This document shows, in pieces, positions 49,597 to 57,740 of a stretch of 64,000 nucleotides of DNA. How positions within the stretch are numbered: the first letter of the stretch is position 1; each line of letters opens with the position of its first letter. Made by a program: the position numbers and the translations under genes. Source of the stretch: Armatimonadota bacterium (GTDB lineage: Bacteria; Armatimonadota; HRBIN16); contig OY781964.1 of NCBI GenBank assembly GCA_963677485.1, forward strand, positions 2,816,001 through 2,880,000. The letters run 5' to 3'. A model generated the notes under the pieces. That model searched no databases. It saw only the letters and a program-made list of their open reading frames with translations, and had not been told where the DNA came from.

Positions 49597-52500
49597 CTAC
49601 TCCAGCACGGCGAAGTGGACGCCGCCCTGGTGGGCGCTGCTGTCCAGCTTGCCCAGAGGCAGGCGGGGGGTGTCTTCTTCGCTAAGCACGGCGCTGACGC
49701 CGCTCAGGCTGACGCCCTGCTCAGGCACCAGCTTGATGACTAGCCCCTCCAGCGGATACTGCGCACGCAGCGTGAAGCGCAACTGCTTCTGACCGGCCGG
49801 TATAGGCAGCACGGTACTCAGACCGGGCAATACCGACCCATCGTGCAGCACCTGCACGCGTACATGACTGTCATGTGCGGCGGAGGCCACACCGGTGAGC
49901 TCCACCTGCGTGCCGCTGTCCAGCCGAGGCAGCGGGCCCACGGTGTTCAGTTTGACAACCTGTGGCTTCACAAGGATACGGGCATGGAACGGTGTGACAT
50001 ACACATCACCAGTCCACTCGCCGGCCTCATTTACGGCTTTAATCAAGCCGGTCCGTTTACCGGTGCCGATACCTGCCAGCGCGATGGGCTTGCCCTGCTT
50101 GTGGTAGATTTGGATTTCGCCCACGCCGCCGGTCACGCCGGGACGCGGCTTATCGCTCTCCAGCATCAGCTTCCGGATCGCCTCGTCCATCGTCTTGTTG
50201 AAGCCCTCATCGTATTCCTTCGGCCACTGCATACAGTGGACGGAGTAAACGCCGTGCTCCCACATATACTTCAGTTGCTTGTAGGCATCGTCCGCGTTGG
50301 GGGTGAGTGCTTGATACTCGCCGATGCTGATCATGTTCTGACCGGCCCGCCAGGCGTCCTGCAGCGCCTCGTGTTGCTTGTTGTACCACACGCCGTATCG
50401 GGTGAAGCCGTAAGCGGCCCCGGTGTTCAGCGCCCAGTCGATGGGGGTGATGCGCGAGGTGACGTTGCTGAATGCGCTCAGGTTGCCGATGGCGTAGGTA
50501 TCGGGAATCTGGTGTGTGCAGAGCAGCTCGGGCGGGAAGCCTGCCGCCAGTGCATTCGCCAGCGTCTGCGCGATGAAGCGGTTGACCACCGTGCGGTTGA
50601 AGTTCACCCAACTAGCGAACATCGGGTTGGTCTTTTCGTAGGCGTCCCAGGCACCGCGGTCGTTCTGCCGGGGGGCATCAAACAGATTGGAGACGGGCGC
50701 ACCCAGCTTCTTCGCGCTGGTAGTGAGCTGGTCGCCCTCCGTCTGGCGCAGATAGTCGGCGAAGTTCTGAATGTTCAGCGGGTTGTAATCGCCGTAGGTG
50801 CCGTCCGCTTCGACTGCGATTTCGTGTTCGTGGTTGGGCTCCAGCATGGCGATGTGCTCGGGGGTCTTTCGCCAATTGGTGAACAACGCCCTCAGGAAAG
50901 CCTGGTTGGGCCGATGGTAGAAGCCATCGAGGATCGGCGATCCCGTGGCGTAGGTGCTGCTGAAGAAGTCCACCGTGTCGAACTCGCCGTACAACGCCAT
51001 CTTGTTGGTGCGAGTCAGCATCGCATACGCGGGCAGTTTGGACTGAGGGTCGATGGCCTCCATCAGTTTCGGGGCCGCATGGCGTGACTGCCGGTGGGTG
51101 TAGCACGGCTCCCATTGCCCCACTATCGATGTGGCGTAGCTGTCGATCCGGCTCTTGCTGGGCACATCGTCCAGCGTGCTGAAGTCGCCAGCCAGTATTT
51201 TGTCCAGATTGCTGTATTGAGAGCCATCGGTGCGCAAATGCAGGAACTCGGAGAACTTGATGTATTTCCCATCCTGCAGCGGGTTGCCGAATGGCCAATA
51301 CCACTGGATGTAGAAGTTGTTCTCACGCTTGCCCAAATCCATCGAGGTGATCTCGTTGGCCGGGCTGAGTTTGAAGGCGATGCTCTGTAAGGGGTCGTTA
51401 CCGCTGGCCCAGAGGCTGCCGTCCTCGAACGCGCTGGGGTTCAATCGCAGCTCACGTAGTGGCTCCGGCAGGCTGATGCGCTCCACAGCTGCTGTGACTG
51501 GGTTGATCTTGCTGGCCGCATCCGCCCCTTTGTGCTGGCAGATCAGGCCGTCGCTGCTCTGGCCCGGGTTCAGGGTCAGCCAGACCGTGCTGCTGGTATC
51601 GGCCGCGGGCACCGCTCCAAGAAGCGTCTTGACAGGTCGGCCGAGTTCATCGATGATACAAACCGGTGAGCTGGCATCGTATACGCTGCCGGTGATGGCG
51701 ATCTGATCGGCTTTCGAATTAGGATCAAACCGGCCGGTGACCACGGCATATGGCGGTTTCACGGCTGCCGGCGGGGTGATCTCGCGGATCAACAGCCCAT
51801 CCTGGGTATACAGCCGCAGGTTGCGGACAGTGGCGTTGCTGGCGGGTGCGGTAAGTATCGCCACGATACCCGACTGTGTTTGCAGGCGGCGCACCGTGAC
51901 ACCACCCGTAACAGTGGCCGGATAGGCCAGGAACTGCGCCACGGGCATGGAGAACTCGTTGAGCACCCGCACCACCGTGTGGTTGTCCGGGTCGCTGCCC
52001 TCGCCGGCCACGATGACCGGTGCCTGACCTTTAGCCTGAGGTACGGTCTTCGCCAACGCCGATAGCTCCAGAGTGGGGTCCAGCAGACCCACGGCACTGG
52101 CGCCTTCATCGCTGATGGACACAGATATGCGTTCGGGCAGTTTCCTCTGCTGCAGGTTCTTGACCTGTAGTTGGGGGATATTCAAAAATTCCAAAGGTGA
52201 TGGCCTCCCTTTGATGATCAGTTGGGGTTGGCCCCACACTGCCCAGTCCAACGCGCTGTTCTTCTGCGGGTCAGTCAACAGGCTGATCGTCACCGTCTTG
52301 CCCGCATAGGCTTTCAGGTCGACTTTGAAGGGCACCCATTTCTGCTGGTTGTTTGATAATGCCAATGCGGTGGTTCCATTGATCTTGATGATGAACTTCA
52401 CGCCATCAAACAAATTCTCCACCGACGGTTTGAAGCCTTCACGGATACCCACCCAACCGGTGAGCACGAGTTTCTCTTTCGCTTTGATGGTCGGCAGCTT

Positions 52501-52746
52501 GATACCGGTGAAGTCCACTTGCACCAGCGGCTTATCGGCGGCGGCCGGGTGCTGCGAAATCACCGGGCGGGCGATGCCCTGAATGGTGCCCACGTCGGTG
52601 GATGCTTTGTTGGGGTTCTTGGTGGTTGGGCTTGTGAGCGCGTCGGTCAGACGCAGCAGGGTGGTGTCTGGCCTGGTGAGCGGCGCACACAATCCGCTGA
52701 CAGAAAGCATACAGGCCATCATTGCCGCACCGAAATGAAGTCGCAT
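49597..52746 (-). CDS. Large secreted protein, probable glycoside hydrolase (TIM-barrel-like) with accessory beta domains
   Basis: Signal peptide MRLHFGAAMMACMLSVSGLCA with GGAGGAG RBS; PNHEHE, GDYNP...FADYL, THQIP, IGEY motifs. Family uncertain. Confidence 0.65.
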   Translation of the reverse strand: MRLHFGAAMMACMLSVSGLCAPLTRPDTTLLRLTDALTSPTTKNPNKASTDVGTIQGIARPVISQHPAAADKPLVQVDFTGIKLPTIKAKEKLVLTGWVGIREGFKPSVENLFDGVKFIIKINGTTALALSNNQQKWVPFKVDLKAYAGKTVTISLLTDPQKNSALDWAVWGQPQLIIKGRPSPLEFLNIPQLQVKNLQQRKLPERISVSISDEGASAVGLLDPTLELSALAKTVPQAKGQAPVIVAGEGSDPDNHTVVRVLNEFSMPVAQFLAYPATVTGGVTVRRLQTQSGIVAILTAPASNATVRNLRLYTQDGLLIREITPPAAVKPPYAVVTGRFDPNSKADQIAITGSVYDASSPVCIIDELGRPVKTLLGAVPAADTSSTVWLTLNPGQSSDGLICQHKGADAASKINPVTAAVERISLPEPLRELRLNPSAFEDGSLWASGNDPLQSIAFKLSPANEITSMDLGKRENNFYIQWYWPFGNPLQDGKYIKFSEFLHLRTDGSQYSNLDKILAGDFSTLDDVPSKSRIDSYATSIVGQWEPCYTHRQSRHAAPKLMEAIDPQSKLPAYAMLTRTNKMALYGEFDTVDFFSSTYATGSPILDGFYHRPNQAFLRALFTNWRKTPEHIAMLEPNHEHEIAVEADGTYGDYNPLNIQNFADYLRQTEGDQLTTSAKKLGAPVSNLFDAPRQNDRGAWDAYEKTNPMFASWVNFNRTVVNRFIAQTLANALAAGFPPELLCTHQIPDTYAIGNLSAFSNVTSRITPIDWALNTGAAYGFTRYGVWYNKQHEALQDAWRAGQNMISIGEYQALTPNADDAYKQLKYMWEHGVYSVHCMQWPKEYDEGFNKTMDEAIRKLMLESDKPRPGVTGGVGEIQIYHKQGKPIALAGIGTGKRTGLIKAVNEAGEWTGDVYVTPFHARILVKPQVVKLNTVGPLPRLDSGTQVELTGVASAAHDSHVRVQVLHDGSVLPGLSTVLPIPAGQKQLRFTLRAQYPLEGLVIKLVPEQGVSLSGVSAVLSEEDTPRLPLGKLDSSAHQGGVHFAVLE

Positions 52747-52849
52747 GGTTGGTTCTCCTCCGGATATTCGTATGTGTCTATTATTAAAGCACAATTTGGG
52801 GGAGGAGTGGAGAAGGAAGGAGCAGAGGAGAGGAGGAGAACGGGACAGG

Positions 52850-53770
52850 TACCCAACGCAAAGGCGCAAGGGTGCAATGGCGCAATGTGATGTCCTACTC
52901 GTCCTACTCGTCCTGCCCGTCTTGTAGAGGTGCATTTTAACCACGGATGAACACGAATGAACGCGAATGCATCTTGCCTAAGTCCGGGGCGGTCTGTGCG
53001 CAGGCTAGCGGTTGTGGAAGGCTCGAGACCGCGCCGGTCTGGCGGTTAGCCTACCGGTTTGTTCCTTAACGTTAATATGGTCACCCGAGAGGAATGCACA
53101 ACCTTAAAGGCGCATAGTGATGCCCACTCGTCCTACCCGTCTTATTAGGGGGCCATTTTTACCACGGATGAACACGAATGAACGCGAATGGGTCTTGCCT
53201 AAGTCCGGGGCGGTCTGTGCGCAGGCTAGCGGTTGTGGAAGGCTCGAGACCGCGCCGGTCTGGCGGTGAGCCTTCCGGTTTGTTCCTTAACGGTAATATG
53301 GTCGCCCGAAGGGAACGCACAACGCAAAGGCACAAGGGTGCAATGGCGCAAAGTGATGTCCTACTCGTCCTACCCGTCTTATAAGGGGCCTATTATAACC
53401 ACGAATGAACACGAATGAACGCGAATTGGTCTTGCCTAAGTCCGGGGCGGTCTGTGCGCAGGTTAGCGGTTGCGGAAGGCTCGAGACCGCGCCGGTCTGG
53501 CGGTTAGCCTTCCAGTTTGTTCCTTAACGGTAATATGGTCGCCTGGAATAAATACACGACGCAAAAGCGCAAGGGTGCAAAGGCGCAACGTGTTGTCTCA
53601 CTCGTCCTACTCGTCCTACAAGGGGCCTATTATAACCACGAATGAACACGAATGAACGCGAATGGGTGTATTCCAACGCAATGGCGCAATAAAACGCCTG
53701 ACGCGTACTAGGAGCGGTTCGCGAACCGCCCTTCTCGCGTCGCTGGTTAGCCATGTCCTACTCGTCCTAC
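52850..53770. repeat. About 3.5 tandem copies of a 221-237 bp composite repeat
   Basis: ACCACG(G/A)ATGAACACGAATGAACGCGAAT recurs at ~52940, 53161, 53398 and 53635; the three full units carry CCGGGGCGGTCT...AGACCGCGCCGG. Confidence 0.9.
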
Positions 53771-53824
53771 CGGTCTTAATCTGGGCACTGTAATCCGCGG
53801 TTCAGACCACTTTGCAGCGGAATG

Positions 53825-53853
53825 TTGCGGAAAGCCCAATGATGTGATATCAT
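53825..53853 (+). promoter_or_regulatory. sigma70 promoter for the tRNA pair
   Basis: TTGCGG, 17 bp spacer, TATCAT with an extended TG. Confidence 0.65.
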
Positions 53854-53896
53854 AAGTGCTTGGTTGAGATGGATATCTACCCAAAAAACCACCTGC

Positions 53897-53972
53897 GCCC
53901 CTGTAGCTCAGCGGATAGAGCAACTGCCTTCTAAGCAGTAGGTCGGAGGTTCGAGCCCTCTCGGGGGCGCCA
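53897..53972 (+). tRNA. tRNA-Arg (TCT)
   Basis: GCCCCTG/CGGGGGC acceptor stem, anticodon loop CTTCTAA, GGTTCGAGCC T-arm, encoded CCA. Confidence 0.96.
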
Positions 53973-53992
53973 GATATTTATCCAATCATCGC

Positions 53993-54070
53993 GGCGGCTA
54001 TAGCTCAGTTGGTTAGAGCGCCTGACTGTGGCTCAGGAGGTCGTGGGTTCAAATCCCATTAGCCGCCCCA
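53993..54070 (+). tRNA. tRNA-His (GTG)
   Basis: G-1:C73 pair, anticodon loop CTGTGGC, GGTTCAAATCC T-arm, encoded CCA. Confidence 0.96.
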
Positions 54071-54437
54071 TTACCTTATCCGCATCCCGCCACACAGACT
54101 ACCTCGAAACCGGCCCTTTACCCGCCACATCATGAATTCCGCCAGCTGCAGATCACGCTGTTAGCACCAAATCTCCATACTCTGCCTGCCCATTGCGACC
54201 ACCACCGCATGATAGTGCCATAGCCCTTCTAAAAACGTCTTTCTGCAACCCTCCTGTGAGCATAGTAGCATACACCTCCTACACACCAAAAAACACGATT
54301 TCTTCATCACCTGGCTTGGTAGACTTCAAGTACCGATCGGCGTTAATCCCGAAACGACGATTAGGCTGACTGCCGCTAGCCTGTCCCGCATGACATATCG
54401 TGCCCTACAGTGCTCTATGATACCAGGAGGTGATACA

Positions 54438-56582
54438 GTGGAAAAAACATATCCAAACTCGATCTGCCGGAGAACATGGTGGATCGCGTCACTGCTGCTA
54501 TTGACATGCTCTCTTCAGTCGTTCGCTGTGGGGGGCACAATTGAAAGCTGGGGATTTCGGCATACCGTCCCAGGCGAACTCAACGGATTCCAGGCTATCG
54601 CCGCTGGAATCGGCCATACCGCCGGGTTGAAATACGACGGCTCTGTGGTGGTATGGGGTGATAACAGTGCAAACCAGTGCATCGTACCCCTGCCCAATTC
54701 GGGATTTACCGCTGTGACGGCCGGAAGGAATCATACGGTAGGGCTCAAACTCAACGGATCGGTGGTGGCCTGGGGCCAAAACTACAACGGTCAGCTCAAC
54801 ATTCCAGCGCCAAACCAGAATTTTACGGCTATCTCCGCAGGATATAAACACACCCTTGGATTGAAGAGTGATGGCTCAGTGGTGGCCTGGGGCTATAATA
54901 GTTATGGTCAGAGCACTGTACCTTCCCCGAACACCGGCTTCATTGCCGTTGCCGCCGGTTACAACCACAGCGTGGGGCTAAAGACCGACGGCTCGCTGGT
55001 GATATGGGGCGACAACACTTCCGGCCAGACCAACCTCCCGTCTCCCAACCTGGGTTTTACGGCCATCGCGGCAGGAAATGCGCATACTGCAGGGCTGAAA
55101 ACCGATGGGTCTATTGTGGCCTGGGGAGACAACACCTACGGGCAATGCAGTGTTCCAGCACCCAACCTGGGTTTTACCACTGTAACTGCAGGTTACGAAA
55201 CTACCATCGGCCGTAAAAGCGGCGGGGTTCTGGTGGCATGGGGTAACTCCGCAAGTGGACAACTCAATATCCCTGCACCTAATTCCAGCTTCAAATCCGT
55301 GGTGGCAGGCCAGTTCTCGGTTTCAGGTTTGAAATACGACGGCTCTGTGGTGGCATGGGGTGACAACTACTATGGCCAGACGGGTTTACGAACCCCCAAT
55401 ATCGACTTTTCGGCTATCAGTGCCAGCCCATACCACACCCTGGCTCTGAGGTCGGATGGCTCCATCATGGCATGGGGCAATGACGGCAACGGCCAAAGCA
55501 CCGTGCCGGTACCGAACACCAGCTTTACCGGTGTGGCGACGGGTCAGTTCCACTCCCTTGGCCTGAAATCAGATGGATCCGTCGTGGCTTGGGGTGACAA
55601 CTTCAACGGCGAGTGCGATGTACCGGCCCCCAACCAAAACTTCACTGCCGTGACCGCCGGTGCGAGGTATTCAGCCGGACTGAAGAATGATGGCTCCGTG
55701 GTGGTCTGGGGTGACACGGCCAATGGTCTTGGCAGCGTGCCCGCTCCCAACACCGGATTCGCCGCCATTGATGCTGGTTATGGTTATCTGGTTGGGCTCA
55801 AGGCAGATGGTTCCGTCGTCGCCTGGGGCGACAACGCATCAGGCCAGTGCAATGTGCCGTCTCCCAACACGGGTTTTACGGCCGTAGCCGGAGGGGTATG
55901 GCATTCCGTTGGGGTGAAATCCGATGGTTCTCTCGTGGCATGGGGCGACAACAGCTACGGTCAGTCTAACATACCCACGCCAAACACAGGCTTTATAGCG
56001 GTGGCGGCCGGTGACATGCATACCGCCGCGCTTAAGGCAGGCGGATCGATTGTGTCTTGGGGTGTCGATAACTACGGTCAGGTGGATGTGCCAGCACCAA
56101 ATCTGGGTTTTCAAGCCATCTCCCTGGGGGGCGCTCACACCGTGGCAATACGCAGCATGCAACAGGTCACAGGGCAGATCGTGCTGAACGGCTTCCTGGG
56201 TAATCTGGCATCTCACCCAATCAACATATCGGTCATTTCGGGAAACCCGATGTCGCCCTTCAGCCAAACCAACAGCCTGTTCCCGTTGAGCGACGGCACA
56301 TTCACATTCAACACTATCCTACCGCCGCCATTTGACATGAGGGTACGCGGCCTTAACTTGATCGGGCTGCTGATACCGGCTGTGCAGAAGCTGACCGGTG
56401 TGAACATATCGCTAATAAACGGCGACGCCGATGGCGATAACCAGATCAACCTGTTCGACTTCGTGGTGCTCGATAAAAACTTCGGCACGATGAACCGAAT
56501 GGCCGACTTGAATGGTGATGGTCAGGTAAACCTGTTTGACTATGTGATCATCGACCAGAACTTCGGCGCCAGAGGTGATTAG
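54438..56582 (+). CDS. Secreted RCC1/BLIP-II repeat protein with C-terminal dockerin-like domain
   Basis: About 13 repeats of AGxxHxxGLKxDGSVVAWGDNxxGQxxVPxPN; GDADGDNQINLFDF / ADLNGDGQVNLFDY; GTG start with AGGAGG RBS. Confidence 0.9.
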   Translation: MEKTYPNSICRRTWWIASLLLLTCSLQSFAVGGTIESWGFRHTVPGELNGFQAIAAGIGHTAGLKYDGSVVVWGDNSANQCIVPLPNSGFTAVTAGRNHTVGLKLNGSVVAWGQNYNGQLNIPAPNQNFTAISAGYKHTLGLKSDGSVVAWGYNSYGQSTVPSPNTGFIAVAAGYNHSVGLKTDGSLVIWGDNTSGQTNLPSPNLGFTAIAAGNAHTAGLKTDGSIVAWGDNTYGQCSVPAPNLGFTTVTAGYETTIGRKSGGVLVAWGNSASGQLNIPAPNSSFKSVVAGQFSVSGLKYDGSVVAWGDNYYGQTGLRTPNIDFSAISASPYHTLALRSDGSIMAWGNDGNGQSTVPVPNTSFTGVATGQFHSLGLKSDGSVVAWGDNFNGECDVPAPNQNFTAVTAGARYSAGLKNDGSVVVWGDTANGLGSVPAPNTGFAAIDAGYGYLVGLKADGSVVAWGDNASGQCNVPSPNTGFTAVAGGVWHSVGVKSDGSLVAWGDNSYGQSNIPTPNTGFIAVAAGDMHTAALKAGGSIVSWGVDNYGQVDVPAPNLGFQAISLGGAHTVAIRSMQQVTGQIVLNGFLGNLASHPINISVISGNPMSPFSQTNSLFPLSDGTFTFNTILPPPFDMRVRGLNLIGLLIPAVQKLTGVNISLINGDADGDNQINLFDFVVLDKNFGTMNRMADLNGDGQVNLFDYVIIDQNFGARGD

Positions 56583-56652
56583 GGATCGCAGGGTGGCAAG
56601 GTTGATGCCTTAGCCCCTGCCTAATCTACACGTTAGTGAGTGCGCAAACCGC

Positions 56653-56696
56653 AAACCGCTGGGTATCGATTATGTCGATGATGCCCAGCGGTTTTT
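56653..56696 (+). terminator. Rho-independent terminator
   Basis: AAACCGCTGGGTATC...GATGCCCAGCGGTTT stem ending in a T-run. Confidence 0.7.
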
Positions 56697-56780
56697 CTCA
56701 TGCGCAACAAATCCCACCAGTTCTGAGGTATTATACGTATAATAAGCGCAAACGACACCATCAGCACGGAGGAAATTGGT

Positions 56781-57404
56781 TTGAAGATTACAATACAAGA
56801 TAACAAAGGCCACACCATCATCTCAGGAAATTACGCGGATTTAGCCACTGCCATACTGGCCAACAAGGCTATCCTGCTGGATGCCAACCTGGAAGGGGTG
56901 GATTTAAGCGGTGCGAATATGTGTGACGCCAACCTGGTGGGCACCAACCTGACTGGAGCCAACCTGCAGAACGCCGACCTCAGCAGAGCCTATCTCATCA
57001 ACGCCAACCTCAAGAAAGCCGACCTGCAGTTTGCATCGCTCGTTGGAGCCAACCTGCTGGGTGCTGACTTAACGGGGGCTAACCTTGAAGGGGCTGATCT
57101 GGAAAGTGCGAACCTCAGCAGTGCCATACTCGGTAAAGCGATTCTGACCCGTGCTGACTTCCGTGGAGCCGATCTCAGCGGAGCCGACTTAAGTGGTGTG
57201 CATGGGCAAAGTGCCGGTTTTCGTAGCAGCCATCTGAATGGTGCCGACCTGACCGAATCATTTCTGCACAGCGCGGATCTCCGCGGGGCAAGCCTGAACA
57301 ACGCTGATCTGAGCAATGCGATGCTCTGCAACGCCTATCTGCAGGGTGCCGATATGACCGATGCGGAGCTCAGTGGTGCCGATTTGGAAGATGCCCGGCA
57401 GTAG
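56781..57404 (+). CDS. Pentapeptide repeat protein
   Basis: Continuous A(D/N)Lxx repeats; TTG start with GGAGG RBS. Confidence 0.92.
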   Translation: MKITIQDNKGHTIISGNYADLATAILANKAILLDANLEGVDLSGANMCDANLVGTNLTGANLQNADLSRAYLINANLKKADLQFASLVGANLLGADLTGANLEGADLESANLSSAILGKAILTRADFRGADLSGADLSGVHGQSAGFRSSHLNGADLTESFLHSADLRGASLNNADLSNAMLCNAYLQGADMTDAELSGADLEDARQ

Positions 57405-57457
57405 TTCGACTGTGACATTAGCGAGAATACACCAGAGCTGACCGCATCCTGGTATAT

Positions 57458-57568
57458 CAGTCTATTACCCACAAATACAGATCGGGGTCTTATCCATCCT
57501 ATACCGAGACATTTATGTCGCGGAATTGGTGATATATCGGCTCTGCTGTATTTGTGGGTAATTAGCTG
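57458..57568. mobile_element. Internally deleted MITE copy
   Basis: CAGTCTATTACCCACAAATACAG...CTGTATTTGTGGGTAATTAGCTG with a CCGAGACATTTATGTCGCGG core. Confidence 0.8.
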
Positions 57569-57740
57569 TCCTTCAGGGCGCGGGGGCGGTGACCGTCACC
57601 GAACTGCTGCTGGCCGCCAACCGGTGACCGGCCTGATTTCGTAAACCAAGATAAAACTCCATACTCAGACCCCTCTAATCCATGACATACGCCCCTTACC
57701 TGCGATACACTGTGGGCAATAACAACCGAAAGGGGCCGAT

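Larger units (their letters stand above)
47785..49598 (+). mobile_element. IS110-family (IS621-like) insertion sequence inserted in a REP at a CT core
   Basis: CT core at 47785-86 and 49597-98. Circle junction ACAGTAT-CT-AGTAC makes TTGACA-17bp-TACGCT. The empty site restores ...CCGCCCCCTAC. Confidence 0.92.

Noticed and set aside
5259-51087. Long antisense or overlapping ORFs (e.g. 5259-6941, 21522-22907, 27178-28275, 33121-34218, 46159-47196, 49843-51087)
   Set aside because: Shadows of real genes in GC-rich DNA with no recognisable motifs.
52850-53770. CRISPR array
   Set aside because: Period is 221-237 bp with similarity across the whole unit, no unique spacers and no cas genes.
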